Of a DNA stretch of 44,828 bases, positions 41,316 to 44,828 are shown piece after piece. Positions within the stretch are counted from its first letter, which is position 1; each line of letters opens with the position of its first letter. Location of the stretch: positions 1 through 44,828 of IMG/VR virus record IMGVR_UViG_3300048615_000030, one strand, 5' to 3'. The DNA comes from a virus. The notes under the pieces were generated by a model. It was not told the origin of the DNA, ran no database searches, and saw nothing but the letters and a program-made list of their open reading frames with translations. A program made the translations under genes and the position numbers.

Positions 41316-41894
41316 TTAGTCCTCCTCTCCGATGTCTGTGAGTCGGCTGAACGGAGGGCTGGTCACGGTGAGGAGACTGTTCCCGCCGACATGCTCTTTC
41401 GGCACCCAACCGTTCGACGAGATGCTGACCGTGATTTCCGTGGTGGCGGTCGTCTTCCGACGAGCCTTCCCCGATCCCGACGTGGTGACAGTGAGGCTGG
41501 TAGTTCCTGTCGCATGTTTCCGCTTGTGAGCTGTACCCGCAGAAACAACCGTGACCCGCGAGAGCGCAGTAACAGTGTGGACGGTCTTCGGAACGTTGAT
41601 ACTGCCAGCCGCGGTCGAAGTGACCGTGATATTCGTAGTTGCTGTCGCCTTACGGCGGGCCTTCCCCGTGACCGTGGATGTGACCGTGACCGACGTGGCC
41701 GCAGTCTGTTTCGCTGTTTTCTTCGCAGTACCCGCACTAGTGACCGTTACCGTGGTGGTGGCAGTAGCTTTCCTCCGGGCCTTCCCAGACGCAGCCGTCG
41801 TGACCGTGATAGACGTTGTGGCGGTCGCCTCGTGAGTCGTCCCCGCAGCAATGTCGAAGGCCGACGAGTAGGCCGAGGAGAAAGCGCCGGCCAT
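41316..41894 (-). CDS. Thr/Ala/Lys/Arg-rich tandem-repeat protein.
   Basis: 192 aa with about eight repeats of roughly 20 residues, of the form T-A-T-T-x-I-T-V-T-S-x3-G-K-A-R-R-K-A. Confidence 0.55.
   Translation of the reverse strand: MAGAFSSAYSSAFDIAAGTTHEATATTSITVTTAASGKARRKATATTTVTVTSAGTAKKTAKQTAATSVTVTSTVTGKARRKATATTNITVTSTAAGSINVPKTVHTVTALSRVTVVSAGTAHKRKHATGTTSLTVTTSGSGKARRKTTATTEITVSISSNGWVPKEHVGGNSLLTVTSPPFSRLTDIGEED
41355..41831 (-). repeat. Coding tandem repeat with a period of about 60 nt.
   Basis: (I/V)TVT(S/T) strands recur at about residues 28, 48, 68, 88, 113, 134, 154 and 175. GKARRK recurs at about residues 37, 77 and 142. The low-complexity composition leaves long open frames on both strands. 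Confidence 0.6.
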
Positions 41895-42676
41895 CAGGTC
41901 AACAGATCGACCGGATACACCCGCAGGTAGTCAAAGGCTGCCAGGGAACTGATCCCAGCGCCACCACCGTAGGTCGACACGAACACGCCGAGCCGGGTCG
42001 GGGTCTGCGTGTCCGAAATGTCTCCCACTCCCGCCGACGTCCAATTGGACTTGTCGCCGCCGATGATCGAAAACCCGGCGCGAAAGGTGTTGGTGGTCTT
42101 CCACACCAGCCGCAAGTACATGCCTCCGGTGACGACCGGGTAGGGCGTGCCCTGGTTGATCGACGCTGTGTCCAGGAGAGTTATGGTTCCGCTGTAGCAG
42201 ATGAACAGTGGAACGGTGGCACCACCGGTGACGAGTGGGCCTGTGATGATGGTGTTGCTGGTCGTAGTCGTCCCGTCCGAGAAGCACAACCCCGCGGTGT
42301 GCTTCCCTTCCCCGTACATTCGCACACGGGTTTCTATCGTGATCGGCGGAGAGATCGCACCGAACGCCTTGGTGAACGGGACGACGTCCTGAGTGGTCTG
42401 AGCCGCAAACTTCCACGACAGGACCCCACGCTCGATCTGAGGTGTCGCCGTTCCTGACGGGGTGGTCTGCGTGTAATCCGCCGACGTGTCCGAATCGAAG
42501 AAATCGTCTAGAGCATGAGCGGTTTCGTCGGGCAGCCGATGTCCCAGATAGCGGACCCATTCAGGAGTCCACGACGAGACCAACTGGTCCCGGTGGTCCT
42601 GAGCCGAAATGTCCCCAGCGGTGTTGTCAGGCAGGAGCGCTTGCAGGGCAGCAAGCGTGCGGACCGTGTCGACCAT
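41894..42676 (-). CDS. Fibre-like protein with a jelly-roll (ConA/LamG-like) C-terminal domain.
   Basis: The N-terminal TLAALQALLPDNTAGDISAQDHRDQLVS is a motif common in actinophage minor tail/fibre proteins. The C-terminus is beta-rich. Confidence 0.45.
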   Translation of the reverse strand: MVDTVRTLAALQALLPDNTAGDISAQDHRDQLVSSWTPEWVRYLGHRLPDETAHALDDFFDSDTSADYTQTTPSGTATPQIERGVLSWKFAAQTTQDVVPFTKAFGAISPPITIETRVRMYGEGKHTAGLCFSDGTTTTSNTIITGPLVTGGATVPLFICYSGTITLLDTASINQGTPYPVVTGGMYLRLVWKTTNTFRAGFSIIGGDKSNWTSAGVGDISDTQTPTRLGVFVSTYGGGAGISSLAAFDYLRVYPVDLLT

Positions 42677-43047
42677 CAGGCGACAGTGATCGTATGGGCG
42701 GTCAAATCAAGATCGTCACCAGCCGTCAAGGAGACTGTCGAGGCGAGCGTCCCGTTGAACAAGTGGTTGCCGGCTGTTTCCGCATCCCACGCCGAAACAT
42801 GCGTTACCGATTCAGTCGTAGACACGGAAGTCCACGACACGGTCGCAGTCAGCGAGGCCACACCGCTTACAGCAGCATCATACGTGGCCTCCATCCGGGT
42901 CGTCTCCACGGCAGCATTCGCTGTACCAGTTTCGCCCGGAGCGCCAAGATGGAGTTTCAGCCAGACGTTCGTCACCGCCGACGGCGCACCATTCCCGCCG
43001 AGATAGTCGGCTATCTCCGTTTCAGCGAAATTACCTGCGTCACTCAT
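42676..43047 (-). CDS. Small fibre/decoration-like structural protein.
   Basis: 123 aa (...VWLKLHLGAPGETGTANA...HVSAWDAETAGNHLFNGTL...). Its stop overlaps the downstream start by 1 nt. Confidence 0.4.
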   Translation of the reverse strand: MSDAGNFAETEIADYLGGNGAPSAVTNVWLKLHLGAPGETGTANAAVETTRMEATYDAAVSGVASLTATVSWTSVSTTESVTHVSAWDAETAGNHLFNGTLASTVSLTAGDDLDLTAHTITVA

Positions 43048-43059
43048 TCAATGATCCTT

Positions 43060-44828
43060 TCATCCGACTTTCTCCCAGGGAGGAACATTCCAGTCCGCCC
43101 ACGGCACATCATTCCAACCGTCCGGAGCGAACGGCATCCCCGACATGTCCACACCCATATCCGCTATGAACTCCTGTTGAGCTCGGCGGATTACCTCCAT
43201 TGGGAACCAGGAAGCCATTACAAGATCGTTCTTATATCCGGTACGGTTCCGATTCTTCGGCGCGTTCGGATCGAAGTAGATGAGCTGCTTCCGGTACAGG
43301 TCGGTTTTCACGATCGACTTCGGATCGCCGTAAGGAAGGGTGATCTGCTTCTGAGCGAACAGGGGCGGCATGGCCGTAACCCCGATCCGCTTGTCGAACT
43401 TGTTCCGGTAAGTGTTCCACGCTTCCAAGCGGATGCCATGCCTGCTGGCGTACTCTCGGATCTGCTCGTCTTCGACAATGCCGCCGTGGTAAAGGTTCTC
43501 TTCGACCAGCCAGTGGCAACAATGGTACGACTCATACCATTCGCGAATTATCGCGTAGGCGTTGGGAATTCCCCCACCAGGACGGTTCTCGAGGTCGACC
43601 ATCCACATGTGCAGTTCGGGTCTGACCTGATACGCCCACAGGAACGACGCTTGGAACCCGGAGAAGGACGGGTCGAGACCGGCGACCAGGTTGACCGCTC
43701 CCACATCCGACTCGCCGTCCGACCGGATCGGCTTGGGAATACTGCCAACCACGTGCAGTTTGGACAGGCACGGGTCGACGATTTCTGCGGTGAAAGGCAT
43801 GAACCCTTCCGCCGACGGAAGGTTCTGGTAGAGCATGTCGAAGATGGCCTGTCCGCCGACCGTCTGAGACGACATTTTCTGATCCATCAGCCACCGGTAC
43901 GACCTGAGCGCCGGGAAAAGCATGCAGTCGACGTGCTCTCCGTAATGTTCGGGCTCTTCAGGGATTTTGCAGGCCGGATCGTGAGCATGCTCAACCACCT
44001 GGTCGTAAGCCGGATTCTCCAAAAGGTGGCCGCCCAGATCGTCAGGATGGGCACGAGATCCGATATAGAACAGGGCCGAATGTTCCTCTTTCCGAGAGTC
44101 CGGACCGGTAGTCCACCAGCGTCGAGTTTCCTCACGGGTCATCGGCTGGACCGTCGACTTCTCATCCTCAATGTCGTCGTTGACAATGAAATCCGTGTCC
44201 TGAGAACGGAGCCGTCCACCACGCCCGACCGCTTTCATCGTCGGCTGTTTGATCCCCGTCTGCGTCCGAGTGTCAACCGCGAATCTTTGCGACGACCATT
44301 TCCCGCCGAACTTGTCCGGTTTGAACCCAGACCCCGGAGGGCAGAAATCGCGGACCAGCTCCTCGTTGTTCTCGAGTTCGTCCATCACCTTCTCGACAGC
44401 CTGCTTCGCCAGCTCCTCGTTACCGCCCACCCAGATGATCCGGATGTTCGGAAACCGGCAGATCAGCCACACACACAAGGCGATAAGAAGCTCCGTCTTC
44501 CCATGACGAGGAGGAGACAAGATGACCAGCCGTCCGCCCGTGACCAGAGCATGAAGAATCCGCTCCAACCAGCGGAGCTGAAACGGAGGAGTCTTCCACT
44601 TCTCCCCCCGTTCAGTTCTGAAATACTCGTCCCGGAACCAGACGAAATCCTCCGTCAACGACGGAAGATCCCCAGCCGTCAGATCCCACAAGCTCACAGG
44701 GAAACGACGGGGAGGCGCCTCCCAATCCTCCGAAAGCTCCGCCTCCAAATCCCGGTGCTGCACCCACGCATACCACCGGTACACCGTCGTCACATCCACG
44801 TTGAACGCCCGAGCACAATCCTTCACAG
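43060..44828 (-). CDS. terL: Terminase large subunit, main body. Open at the window edge and continues at 128..398.
   Basis: 588-aa ORF with a P-loop-like SPPRHGKTE. Size and position upstream of the portal fit a terminase. No stop before the window end. The joined product is 679 aa. Confidence 0.8.
   Translation of the reverse strand, partial: VKDCARAFNVDVTTVYRWYAWVQHRDLEAELSEDWEAPPRRFPVSLWDLTAGDLPSLTEDFVWFRDEYFRTERGEKWKTPPFQLRWLERILHALVTGGRLVILSPPRHGKTELLIALCVWLICRFPNIRIIWVGGNEELAKQAVEKVMDELENNEELVRDFCPPGSGFKPDKFGGKWSSQRFAVDTRTQTGIKQPTMKAVGRGGRLRSQDTDFIVNDDIEDEKSTVQPMTREETRRWWTTGPDSRKEEHSALFYIGSRAHPDDLGGHLLENPAYDQVVEHAHDPACKIPEEPEHYGEHVDCMLFPALRSYRWLMDQKMSSQTVGGQAIFDMLYQNLPSAEGFMPFTAEIVDPCLSKLHVVGSIPKPIRSDGESDVGAVNLVAGLDPSFSGFQASFLWAYQVRPELHMWMVDLENRPGGGIPNAYAIIREWYESYHCCHWLVEENLYHGGIVEDEQIREYASRHGIRLEAWNTYRNKFDKRIGVTAMPPLFAQKQITLPYGDPKSIVKTDLYRKQLIYFDPNAPKNRNRTGYKNDLVMASWFPMEVIRRAQQEFIADMGVDMSGMPFAPDGWNDVPWADWNVPPWEKVG
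44702..44828. repeat. Terminal direct repeat copy 2, identical to 1..127.
   Basis: Same 127-bp string as the window start. Confidence 0.95.

Noticed and set aside
41355-41831. Periodic repeats as a CRISPR array or a DGR variable region.
   Set aside because: The ~60-nt period lies entirely inside one open reading frame and encodes a protein repeat. There are no spacer-like unique segments, no cas genes, and no reverse transcriptase or template repeat anywhere in the genome.

Overview
The window is a complete, circularly closed genome of a temperate, GC-rich dsDNA phage. Bases 1..127 are identical to 44702..44828, so the unique length is 44,701 bp. The overlap cuts through the large terminase ORF and is best read as an assembly overlap. 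A WhiB-family gene, frequent GTG/TTG starts and leaderless-looking promoters point to an actinobacterial host.

Almost all coding is on the minus strand, in long chains of genes joined by 1-8 nt overlaps such as ATGA, GTGA and TTGA.
- Genetic switch and integration: a divergent switch (17396..17542) separates a Cro-like gene (-) from a repressor and a tyrosine integrase (+).
- Early operon (17395 down to 2190): many small zinc-ribbon ORFs; a Rad52/Sak-like annealase; an HNH endonuclease with two Zn-knuckle paralogues; WhiB; an intein-containing FtsH-like AAA+/M41 protease; a secreted Cys-rich protein; an SPFH/prohibitin protein; a winged-helix protein; a SLOG/DUF2493-like protein; a NinG/Rap-like nuclease.
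- Late operon, starting behind a conserved 23-bp promoter-like element at 2127..2149: trypsin-like protease; endonuclease VII; terminase (wraps the junction); fibre-like genes; HNH; portal; a block of large head-internal/ejection-type proteins including a 1475-aa protein and an M15/VanY-like peptidase; a second copy of the 23-bp element; scaffold; major capsid; beta-helix protein; tail proteins; fibre.
- Split lysis region: an amidase endolysin and a holin-like protein with a DEDDy exonuclease embedded between them.

I recognised no tape measure, tail tube, DNA polymerase, primase, helicase, tRNA or CRISPR array.

Most interesting items:
- the phage-borne FtsH-like + SPFH membrane module
- the intein splitting its Walker B motif
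- a repressor ending in an ssrA-like ...VPLAA, directly upstream of int
- a leaderless plus-strand ORF convergent with the fibre gene
- a 20-residue tandem-repeat protein

All family assignments come from reading motifs by eye; no database searches were run.
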